Shown: one piece after another, positions 11,786-23,461 of the stretch
How the letters are laid out: every line of letters starts with the position of its first letter
Position numbering within the stretch: the stretch's first letter is position 1
NCBI RefSeq assembly: GCF_009914755.1
Contig: NC_060932.1
Strand: one strand, 5' to 3'
Source of the DNA: the human T2T-CHM13v2.0 reference genome, Homo sapiens
Length of the DNA stretch: 64,000 nt
The notes under the pieces: model-generated
The model's database searches: none
What the model saw: only the letters and a program-made list of their open reading frames with translations
What the model was told of the DNA's origin: nothing
Program-made: the position numbers and the translations under genes

Positions 11786-12562
11786 ATGTTAGGTTTCTAA
11801 CACAGTCCCAGCATTGTGTTGGGATTTAAGCACAGTGGATCCTAGCACATAGGAATCTCTGTAAGCTCTCATAGCATTAGCAACTGGCCAAGAGAAAAAT
11901 AGATATGAAGTGCTCTAGGGGTCATGTCATAATTTTTTAAATGTGGTTATTATCTTGGTCTAAAAACAAATTGAAAAGGAAACATGTACCCTTAATAATT
12001 AGACTAGATGAAAAGACTAATCCAACCAAGCCTTAGACATCACAGAAACCAAGGGATATGTCAGATACATGTGCATATGAGTTTGTGCCCACATATGTAC
12101 ACACATGTGTGTGCTTCTTCAGAGTACTCCGTTGGAACAGGGAAAGATCATGACACATCCAAAGAGAAGTCTGGGAAGCCAGCTGCCCTAGAATGTCAGT
12201 GAGTGAGGATGCTGGATAAGGTCAATGCAGAGTTCAATCACCCCTGGGGAGACCTAAGAAGAGCACAGATGTTGGCACGGGGCTATGGGAAGGGAGGTGG
12301 CAGCACATGGGAGATTTCACTGATCAAACTGATTTGCTGTTGATGGTGACAAATGAAGATGCAATGGAGAACTGATGAAGAGTTTGCTGATTAAAGTGGC
12401 ATTGCAAGGTAGAGGAGGGAACAAAATTAGAACCAAGAAAGGACCTTCATTAAGGAAGTCATGTAGCAGTATGCTTTTGGAAAAGGAAGAAATTAAAATG
12501 TGGCCATTTAAAAAGGAAGACAAATATTTTGAGCTTTTACAGAAGTCGAGTTTGAAAGAAAC

Positions 12563-12712
12563 ACACAAAACAAATGTTGGAGGTGATGGATACCCCAATT
12601 ACCCTGATTTGATCACTGCGTGTTGTATACATGGATCAAAATATCACATGGACCCCCAAAATATGTAAAGCTATGATATATCAATTAAAAAATACAAAAA
12701 AGTTTAAAAAGA
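12563..12712 (+). mobile_element. L1MA 3' end fragment
   Basis: gaggtgatggataccccaattaccctgatttgatca...tatatcaattaaaaaata. Confidence 0.75.
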
Positions 12713-15457
12713 AGGCCATTGTATGAAAGACATGGTTTAGAAGATAATTTTGCAGGGCCGAGATTCAGAAAGTCAATACCAAATGAGAAATATCTATGAA
12801 TAAGAACGTTGGAGAGGACTTTACCTGCTGTGATACACTCAAATGGAGAACAGACGAAAAGTATGGAACAAATGCTGTGTTTTACGGGAGGTATTCTAAG
12901 GTGAACATTTAGAATCTTGTGCCAGACGATATCCCTCAATTGGACTTTCTTCCTGGAGTTTTCTTTAGAATGAGGGATTGAGAAAAAAGGAAAAGGGTGT
13001 CCAAAGGCCCAGCACCTCACCACTTAGCACATAGTACAATACCTTGCCCTCAGCTAGACACGAGAAAAATGAATGAAAGAAAGAAAGAATGAATGAATGA
13101 ACCAATGCATCATGAGAGAATGGGAGAAGAGGACTGCATACAACATCTTTCTAACTTTGTCCACCCCCAAACCCACCACCATCTAGTAACAACCCTAAAT
13201 TGGCAGAATATTTCATTCTGAAATCACATTAACCTATATTGTAGTATCTCCATCTACAAAGGATAAGAGGCAAGAAGAGAGAAACCTGCAAAAAGAAGAC
13301 AGAGCCCCCCCTACCCATCACAGAGATTTTTTTGAAAAAATAAAAAACCCAACATGCTATTATCTCGGGTATAATAATGGCCCCAGGATACAAGAAAACA
13401 GTGAGAAATCAGAGGAGAGGGAACATAACGAGGTTTTCATGGACATGTGGGAAGAAAATAAGAGGAAGAGTCAAGATTTGAAAATTCAGTACTGATGAAT
13501 TAAATTAGAAGTAGGCATTTAGGAGAAAAAATGCAAAACTTTTCAAATATTGTGAAGACAGTCCCTGACTGCCAGGTTGAGCGTGGTCTGGGTTCACTCA
13601 CTCTCCCTCTGGGGATGCACCACGCCAATTCCTGAGAGAGTTAGACTTCCTTCTTTCAACTGCATCTTCAATAACAAAAAAGAAAAGCAAAGCTAAATAA
13701 AGGGCTTTTTGAAAAAATAATTTTACTCTGTCCTTAATAAAAAAGAAATAAATACAGTGATAACATGCAACTTAAGTAGAGTCACTTTTCCAGGGTACAG
13801 CTCTCTGATATTAAGACAAACTCCAGGCCAATGGACTGGCAAGTCTTTATGTATCATGCCCGGTTCCCCTTCGGCTCCTCCATTTCCAGGTAGGGAATTG
13901 CATTTTATTACCGATTTCCTAATCTTTCCTCCTTAGTTCCTGATACCCTGCATCTTTAAAAATCCTGCTTGCGAACAGTCGGCAAGGCCCTTCCCTATAA
14001 GCTCCCAGGAAAGCCTCTGATCTCCACGGATGCCTTCCACCAGGAGCCCACTTAGCAGGTGACAGGGAAGGTGAACCCACTTCCTCAGCCCCACAGGCCT
14101 CTGTGCCCACAGAGCAGGGCTAGAGGAGAGGGCCTTCGGGACCAAGGACTTCTTGCCTTTCTTTGCCTTTGCATTTCCTCTGCATTTCTCGTGCATCAGA
14201 GGGGCTGTGACTGGTGTACTGTAGGTAGGCAGAGTAGGAGATCCCTGAATCCTGGTGTGTGGACCTGACTCAGACACAGGCCTATGTGGGCAAAACCCGG
14301 GACCTTTTACGCCCTCGTGTGGCCATAATGTTGACAGCAGCAAAGCCCAGGTCTCCATCTTCTGTTGAATCCTAGGTGATAACGTAACCCGCGGAGAACG
14401 GCTTTACTGCAGGCCTCCGGCTGTGCTGGTCGAGCCGTATGTGAGCACGTGACCGTGGCAGAGAGGAGAAACTCAGCTTCACAGACAGCTTCCACTGGAC
14501 CTGTCCCTGAACCACAGTCTGCCCAAAGCCTCTACCCTCAGCCAATATGCATGCCCTTCAGGTCACCTTAACAAAAGCTGAGCTTCTTGGGCTGAAAACT
14601 GCATCCCTGGCCAAGCCTCATTCATTCAGTTCAGCAGAACCAACTCCTCTCCTGTTACCTGTTGAATGAAGAAATAATCAATCTCTATCTTCCACCCAAA
14701 TATCTCGGTTCCACTTTTTATTTGAAACTGAATTTGAGACTAAGAGTTTGCAAGGATCCTCTACCTTATTTATGGCTGATTTGGCCAGTTTTCAGCCTAA
14801 GAAGAATCTTGGAAGGAGAAAACATGCAAGCTCTGGAAACGGTGTCTCTGGGGCACTGTTAACGTGCCTCGTGAACACACATGTTCACAAGCTGAGCGCC
14901 ACCAAACCAGAGAGTGGCCAACAGCTTCCACAGAGACCCACAGAGCTGTCACCTGGAGTCTGTGCAGGGTATGGTTGACCACAGGTTTATTGTCTCTACT
15001 CAGGAGTGCCAAAGGAAAAGGCCAAATACTAAGGAGATTCTGGCTTATTGTCCATGGATATGAAAAGAAGGGGGAAAAGGGGATTAGAGGAATCAGGGGT
15101 ACGGCTTAAAGCTTTTGGGAGCAGATCACCAGCTCCAGACTGACATATCTCACAGTCTTTGAACGGAAACAGACCTCCTGCCCAGACTAGCAGGCCAGGC
15201 AGGTAACGTCAGCCCAGCTGGCCAGAAAGAAACCTGCTCAGGCCTGTCAGGTGGATTTCCAGGTAAGGGATTTTCAGGGAGTTTAGGGCTAAACTCCCTG
15301 AGTTTCATTACTAGGGCAATAACTGGCAAGACGACAACATAATCTGTTCCTCTGAAGTATCATAATTAGTCCAACCACAGTGTCTCCTATCCTAGTGTTC
15401 ATTCAACCTTCTCTATCCCCTTTTACTCAAAGAAAAAGCTACCTTCTCATTACCTTC

Positions 15458-15861
15458 TGATACGGTTTGGATATTTCTCCCACCCAAATCTCATGTTGAA
15501 ATATAATCCCCAATGTTGGAGGTGTGGCCTGGTGGGAGGTGTTTGGGTTATGGAGGTCGATCCCTCATGGCTTGGTGAGGTCCGTGATAATGAGTGAGTT
15601 CTCCTGAGATCTGGCTAATAGTGTGGAGCACCTCCTCTTCCCTCTGTCTTGGTCCCTCTCTTGTTATATGAGATGCCTGTTCCTCCTTCACCTTCCATCA
15701 TGATTGTAAGCTTCCTGAGGCCTCCCCAGAAGCCAAGCAAATGCTAGCACCATGCTTCCTGTACAGCCTGAAGAACCATGAGCAAAATTATACCTTTTTT
15801 CTTTATGAATTACCCAGTCTCAGGTATTTCTTTACAGCACCACAAAGAGTGGCCTAGCACA
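15458..15861 (+). mobile_element. MaLR solo LTR (MSTA-like)
   Basis: TG...CA ends (tgatacggtttgga...ctagcaca) and a perfect 5-bp TSD ccttc at 15453-57 and 15862-66. Confidence 0.9.
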
Positions 15862-16049
15862 CCTTCTACACAATCTCCCTCCCTTCTCCTTAACCTCAGC
15901 CTCAAGCCACAGATGCCAGATGGCTTGTTCCTGTGCTTTGTCCTTGATGGTTCTACTTGCAACTGCAGGCTTGCCTCATTTCCCGTATTTAGATAAATCT
16001 CTTGGATCATGACTACCTACCTACTGTCATTTTTGAGGATTAGAATTCT

Positions 16050-16610
16050 AGGCACAAGTTCTTTGTCTTATAAACATTTTTCAAATATTCCAGATATGTC
16101 ACATATATGTATGTAGACAGAGCATTTCCTCCCAGGCTAGGGCTTGCCTTTTCATCCTCTTAACGTCATCTTTTCAAGGTTAAAAATGTTCAATTTTGTT
16201 GAAATCCAATTTATCTTTTCTCTTTTATGCTGTGTATTTGCTCAGTACTAACACGTCTTTTTTCCCTCCTGGTTGATAATAAATTCTTTTATGTTTTCTT
16301 TCATAACTTACATTCTTTTAGGTTTTATATTTGGTTATATGGTATATTTCAAATTACATTTCATATATGGTGTCAGGTAAGGTCCAATGTTCATTTATTC
16401 CATATATATGGTGAGTTGGTCTAGCACCATTTACTGGAAAATAATGTATCCTGTTTTTATTGCATTGCCTTGCTACATTTGTAAAATAACAAAGTCATTA
16501 AGAATATATGTGAGAACCAATTCTTGGCCTCTCTATTCTGTTCTATTGATTTGTATATTGATCCTGTAACTTTGCTAAGCTAACTTATTCTAGTAGTTTT
16601 TATGTAGGTT
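16050..16610 (-). mobile_element. Old L1M fragment
   Basis: Degenerate antisense ORF2-like text (ctagcaccatttactggaaa, ctctattctgttctattgat). Confidence 0.6.
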
Positions 16611-17437
16611 CTGAATTTTGACATTGCGTTTTCTTAATATACCTTGTCTACAGGATTGTAAATCCAGGGCTCTCCATTGACTTGTCACATTATTTAGACA
16701 CTGATGACTATTTCTAACCACATTGTGCAGCCAGCTCAGTTATCAACAACCCAGATTAGATTTGACCTACACGTGTGTCCTGCTCTGCATTCTGAAGCTC
16801 TCCCCTAATCCTGCCATGTGATGGCCTTCTGGGCCCATACTCAATAGCTTCCTCCCTGCACCAGGTTATTGACCTGAATGTCATTCTCTCTTCTTCATCC
16901 TCCAAGTCAGAGGCATCATTTATATTTGCTTAGACAACAGTTTTAGCACAGAAATTCAATTTAGCAAATGAATCTTTCAGCTTTTACCCTGGAGGGGGCT
17001 ATCTCTATGTGGTGGTGCAGGGGGAATCTCATGTCCTTTGGTAACTGAGCATTTAAAAGATTAATACTTTTTAACTTTAATATTATTTATTTATTCATTT
17101 GATTATTTAGGGTACTATTCCTTCCCCTGTGGGTTAAAGAGAGATACAGAAGAAATAATCAATTTGAAGAAGATGGACTTGTATCTGGGAATTTTACAGC
17201 TCAGCTACTCTGAGGACATCTTTTTGACACAGTAGATATAGACCTCATACTACAAAAGAATATTCACCAAAACAGATGTAATAATCTTAGCTAAAATGGA
17301 AGGCCCTGGGTTGAGTGCAGAGACATGAAAAACTCAATACTAAATTACTTTTTTAAAGGAAAGAAAAATCCACACAGTACTCAATAGTAAAGTCCTCGCT
17401 AAGCATGTGAGCACAGGAAGATAAAAACTTTGGCTGA

Positions 17438-17736
17438 GGTTGGGTGCGGTGGCTCATGCCTGTAATCTCAGCACTTCAGGAGGCTGAAGTGGGCAGACCA
17501 TGAGGTCAGAAGTTCAAGATCAGTCTGGCCAACATGGTGAAACCCTGTTTCTACTAAAAATACAAAAATTAGCTGGGTGTGGTCGTGGGTGCCTGTAATC
17601 CTAGCTACTCAGGAGGCTAAGGCAGATGAATCACTTGAACCTAGAAGGCAGAGGTTGCAGTGAGCTGAGATCACAGCACTGCACTCCAGCTTGGGCAACA
17701 GTTGAGCAAGACTCCATCTCAAAAAAAAAAAAAAAA
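17438..17736 (+). mobile_element. Alu (AluS-type)
   Basis: Full dimer with poly-A tail. Confidence 0.93.
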
Positions 17737-19213
17737 TTGGTTAAATGCTGGGAAATGAACTTTTTCATGGCCTGCTAGGCAACTATCACCAGCTAGAGAT
17801 TGCTGGTGGTTGTGTTTTCTCTGCGTTTTTTGAGTTTCTCCTATGGCCCTAGACCAGGACAATAGGCATCTATTATAGGCTCCGATTACAAAGAGCAGAA
17901 AGAATTCTTTATTTCTCTGCTAATTACTCTAAAAATGCAAGTTGAAAGAAAGAGTACCACCTCCTGTATCCATCAGCAAATAGCACCATGCCTACCACCA
18001 TCCTTTACCATTCAGGCCCTGCTGCCTCAAAATTCTCCATTGTTGTCATGAGTCATTGACCAGCATGGGCAATGGCACCTTCCAGAGTCAGCCTCTGTGC
18101 AAAGAAAGCAGAACTAGGTAGAGAGACACCTGGCAAAATGGAAAGCATTGGCAGGGATGTGTGACTCACTGGGTACCTTCCAAATAGCATGTGGTTGGTT
18201 ATCATATTTCAAGTGCTTTCACATTTTAACATATATGAAGTTGGGATACTGCTTGTAGTATATACGTATGTATATTTTTTGCACATATACATATACACAT
18301 AGAAACATACACACTGCATAAGGTAGTGTTCCCCTTTTTCCCCTCAAAAAGTATGATGAAATATATGGTGTCTATTCCATGTCTTCCAGCATGATATCTG
18401 TGAATGCAGGAAATGCGCTCATTACGATAGCCGTTGTAATATGTTAATAATACTAACCAAATGAGTCTGTAGTCTGTATTTTTAGGTGTTGGTGGCTTGC
18501 CTTTTTGCATTAGGAAATCTTGCAGCTTGCTTCTCTTTTATTAGGCAATTGTGACACCTGCTGTCAGAAACAAAGAACTTACCCTCTTCTCAAAAGCAGG
18601 CCTTTTCTATGGAAAAGAAAGAAACATGGCTAGGACATGAAAACTTCTGGGTGAAGATGAGAAAATAAGTTATTTTTTTTCTGACTGTTTAAAGTGCAGT
18701 ATTAAGCAGGTAGCATTTTTCATTGAAACATTCTAAACAGCCCCAAACCTGTGTCTCTACCTCCCCATCCCTGGCTTTTTCCCTGAGGATGTGGTGGTGA
18801 GCCATTTAGAGACCAATAGTTGGACTAATATTTGCAGGCATCTACCCAACCTTTGGGCAGGTAGGTAGCACTTTTTTCTAGTTTCTAGCTACCTACATAC
18901 GTTTGCCTCGTATCTCCTTTCTGGAGATATGACTTTATTAAGGTATAATTTATATACATATAAAATAAAATGCACTTACTTTTAACAAATGTAACAGTTT
19001 CTGCAATCATAATATAAAACATTTCCATTACTCATTCTTTTATGCCCCTTCCTTGTCAGCCCCAACTTCACCCTGGGTCCCAGGCAATCACTGATCTGCT
19101 AACACTATAAATTAAGTTTGTCGTTTCTAGTGTCAAGCAAAGGGGATCATCCAGAATGCATGTTTTGTGCCCAGCATCTTTCACTCAGCATAATGTTTAA
19201 CAGGTTCATTTAT

Positions 19214-19722
19214 TGTTCCAGTTACTATTGCTGCATAACTACTCACCTCAAACTCAGTGGCAGGGAACAATCATTTTAGCATGCTCATTGATCCCGTAGG
19301 TCAGACTTTCATCAGACCACAATAGTGACAGCTCTGTGATATATAGGGCCTCAGCTGGGAATATAGGCAGACTAAGGGTGAATAAATGCTTGAGTGCCAG
19401 TGTAATGGGGGAGCTCTCACTCACGTGCCTAAGGATTGATGCTAATTACTGATAGAGACCTCAAAGGCATGTATGGACTGGAACACTTGTACGTCGTCTT
19501 CTCACAGCTTCATGGTCTCAGAATAGTGAGAATCATTGCATGGTAGGTCAGGATTCCAGGCAGAAGCCGTTTGGCCTTTTCTGACCTAGTCATGGAGGTT
19601 ACGTAGCGTCACTTTGGTTGCGTTATGTTGCTTTTAAGTACATTATCATGGTCAGTGTAGATTTAAGGGAAGACCCAAACAATTTGACAAAGGATCTGTG
19701 GATATATATTAAAACTGCCACA
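19214..19722 (-). mobile_element. MaLR LTR (MLT1-type)
   Basis: tgttccagttactattgctgcataac...ttttctgacctagtc...aaaactgccaca, with TG..CA ends. Confidence 0.7.
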
Positions 19723-20978
19723 TTATTTAATTGCACTGGAATCATTTTTTAAAAATCATTTTTAATGATTTTTAAAGAAATCATCTTTTAACTGTTCATG
19801 GGTAGTTAGGGAGTTTCCAGTTTTTGGCTATTATGAATATAACTGTAATGAACATTTGTGTACAAGTCTTTGTGTGGGCATATATTTTCATTTCTCAGAG
19901 TAAATACCAAGAGTAAAATTTCTAGGCCATATGGCAATATATATTTAACTTTATAAGAAACTGACAAAATGTTTTCAAGAATGATGTCACTTTACATCCC
20001 CGACAGCCATATGTGAGAATTCAAGTTGCTTTACATTTTCAACAACAGTTAGTATTGTCAGTTTTTTCAAATTTTAGTCATTCAACTGTATATATAATGT
20101 TATCTCATCGTAATTTTAACTTTCATTGCCTTGATGACTTAATGTCATTGAGCGCAGTTTTGAATGCTTATTGGCACAAATGTGTTGCAATCATTTGCTT
20201 GTCTTTAATGAGTTATTTGTCCTATTATTGAATGATTGCAGTTCTTTACATATTCCTGATACAAGTTCTTTGTTAGATAGACACACTACACAAATATTCC
20301 CAGGCTATTGTTTTTTCCTGTTCATTTTCTTAATGTTGTCTTTCCAAGAAGTTTTTGATGAAGTCTAAATAATTTTTTTCTTTTGTGTCTTATTTTCTCT
20401 GTACTAAGAAATCTTTGCATCTCTTTGGTTGCTAAGATTTTCTCCTATATTTTCTTCCAGAATTGTATTGTTTTAGCTCTTACATTAGATTTATGATGCA
20501 TTTCCAGCTAAATTTTATGCAAGATGTTAGATATGGTTTAATGTTCATCTTTTCTATACCTATGTCCAGTAATTCTAGCACCATTAATTGAAAAAAGTAT
20601 CCTTCCCTCATTGAATTACTTTCATACATTTGCAAAAATAATTAGCGAGTGTAGACATGAGAGTCCATTTCTGCCCTACTTATTCTGTTCCATTGATCTC
20701 TATGTCAATGTTTTGGATGCTTTGGCCTTGCTGAACTAATTTATTAGTTCAAATAGCTTTTTTTAGACTCTTTAGGATTTTCTACATACAATATCATGTT
20801 GTCTGCAAATAAAGAGATTTTCACTAAAGGTGTACTAATGAGTATACCTTTTATTCTTTTTCTTATTGTATCACAATATTAGGTACTCTAGAAAAATATT
20901 AAGTAGAATTGTTGAGAATGAATATCCTTGTCTTGTATTTGATCTTATGGGGGAAACATTCACTTATTCGCGATAAAG

Positions 20979-21208
20979 CAAGCTTTCTCAATCTCACACG
21001 GAGGAGGTAGACATATGGAGTTAGATAATTCTTCATTGTGCAAGGGGCTCTCTTGTGTATTATAGAATATTTTGCAGCACTTCAGGCTTCTACTCTCTAA
21101 ACACAAGTGGAACATCATCCCCCACCCTAACTGTGACAAGCAAACCTGTCTCGAAACATTGTCAAAAGTTCCCTAGGGGCAAAAATCACTCCCAGTTGAG
21201 CAACATTG
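20979..21208 (-). mobile_element. MER20 hAT DNA transposon
   Basis: Ends resemble MER20 TIRs (tttctcaa... / ...ggggcaaaaatcactcccagttgagcaacattg). Length ~230 bp. Confidence 0.75.
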
Positions 21209-21716
21209 CTATGAAGTGTGATTATAACTGTAGGTTTTATGGGGATGCACCTTATTAGGTTGAGAAATTTCTCCATTTCTAGTTTGCTGAGAACTGTTAT
21301 CACCAGTGGGTTTAGAGCTTTATCAAAAGATTTTATTGTTTTAGTAAGTCATATGATTTTGAAGCGGCATTGCTGTCTGGGGTAAATACCCAAAATTCAT
21401 CCTCTCACACCAGGGAAATCGAGGATGTGGATGCACAAGAAGTGAGTTTAAGAGCGGAGGTTTGGTAGGCGAAAGAAAGAGAAGAGAATAGCTCTCTCTC
21501 ACAGAGAAAAAGGGGTTCTTGAGTGGGTCTTCTGGTTCTATGGTGAAATGCATGGGGTTTTATAGATGGGCTTGAGGAGGGAGTGTCTGATTTACATAGA
21601 GCCGAAAAGATTGGTCGGGCCAGGTGTGCCACTCACATAGCACGAAGAAGCTGACCATCCTACCCTAATCTTTTATTATGAAGATGGGGTCTCTACCTGT
21701 CCATTACCATGTTGCC

Positions 21717-22017
21717 TTTTTTTTTTTTTTCTTTTTTCGCAGAGTCTCCTGCTTTGGCCCAGGCTGGAGTATGGTGGTGTGATCTTGGTTCACTGCAACC
21801 TCAGCCTCCCAGGTTGAATTGATTCTCCTGCCTCAGCCTCCCTAGTAGCTGGGATTACAGGCGCTTGCCACCACGCCCAGCCAATTTTTGTATTTTTAGT
21901 AGAGACAGGGTTTCACCACGTAGGCCAGGCTGGTCTCGAACTCCTGACCTCAGATGATCTGCCTGCCTGGGCCTCCCAGAGTACTGGGATTATAGGCGTA
22001 AGCCACCGCACCCAGCC
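21717..22017 (-). mobile_element. Alu (AluSx-like) inside the LTR
   Basis: Poly-T plus antisense dimer. TSD tgccttttt on both sides. Confidence 0.93.
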
Positions 22018-22233
22018 TGCCTTTTTACTGTACACATGGCAACAAAGAAAACTGAAGAGGGAACCTCCATTTTGAACAGGCCTGCCCCCAGGTAGCCTTT
22101 TCCTATTGGCACAGTTGCCGGCATTCACCTATACAAGCTTCTAGCTTGCTTCTTTATGTCTACAGCTCAATTTTACAGGCTGCTGTTTGTTAGAAAAGAC
22201 ATTATTTGGAGGAGAAGACGCGGTTTGGTTTTT

Positions 22234-23461
22234 GGCCTCAGCAATAACACCACACATCTACAACCATCTGATCTTTGAAAAACCTGACAAAAACAAGTAA
22301 TGGGGAAAGGATTCCCTATTTTATAAATGGTGTTGGGAAAACTGGCTAGCCATGTGCAGAAACCTGAAAAAAATCCCTTTCTTACACCTTATACAAAAAT
22401 TAACTAAAGATTGATTAAAGACTTAAACATAAGACCTAAAACCATAAAAACCCTAGAAGAAAACCTAGGCAATACCATTCAGGACATAGGCATGGGCAAA
22501 GATTTCATGACTAAAACACCAAAAGCAAAGGTAACAGAAGCCAACATTGACAAATGGGACCTAATTAAACTAAAGAACTTCTGCACAGCAGAAGAAACTA
22601 TCATCAGAGTGAACAGGCAACCTACAGAATGGGAGAACATTTTTGCAATCTATCCATCTGACAAAGGGCTAATATCCAGAATCTACAAAGAACTTAAACA
22701 CATTTACAAGAAAATAACAACGCCATCAAAAAGTGGGCGAAGGATGTGAACAGACACTTCTCAAAAGAAGACATTTATGCGGCCAACAAACATATGAAAA
22801 AAGGCTAATCATCACTGGTCATTAGAGAAATGCAAATCAAAACCACAATGAGATACTATCTCATGCCAGTTAGAATGGTGATCATTAAAAAGTCAGGAAA
22901 CAACAGATGCTGGATAGGATGCACAGAAATAGGAAGGCTTTTACACTGTTGGTGGGAGTGTAAATTAGTTCAACCATTGTGGAAGACAGTGTGGCGATTC
23001 CTCAAGGATCTAGAACTAGAAATACCATTTGACCCAGCAGTCCCATTACTAGTTATATACCCAAAGGATTATAAATCATTCTACTATAAAGACACATGCA
23101 CACATATGTTTACTTCAGCACTGCTCACAATAGAAAAGACTTGGAACCAACCCAAATGCCTATGAATGACAGACTGGATAAAAAAATGTGGCACATACAC
23201 CCCATGGAATACTATGCAGCCATCAAACAGAATGAGTTTATGTTCTTTACAGGGACATGCATGAAACTAGAAACTATCATTCTCAGCGTCATGCACCGGG
23301 GCCTGTGGCGGGGTGTGGGCCTGGGGGAGGGATAGCATTAGGAGAAATACCTAATGTAGGTGACAGGTTGATGGGTGTAGCAAACCACCATGGCACGTGT
23401 ATACCTATGAAACAAACCTGCAAGTTCTGCACATGTACCCCAGAACTTAAAAGTATAATAA
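22234..23461 (+). mobile_element. 5'-truncated L1PA inside the LTR
   Basis: ORF2 C-terminal peptides (22411..22749, 22830..23165) and 3'UTR. 15-bp TSD aaaagacattatttg (22194-22208) / aaaagatattatttg (23462-23476). Confidence 0.93.

Noticed and set aside
14059-14268. ORF with QGLLAFLCLCISSAFLV as a relic ADAM signal-peptide exon
   Set aside because: GTG start, only a 4-residue resemblance to the ADAM28 N-terminus, and no downstream ADAM-like exons found nearby.
15458-15861. MSTA LTR as a DUX4-activated promoter
   Set aside because: The region where I would expect the motif reads gagcaaaattatacc, with no convincing DUX4 site.
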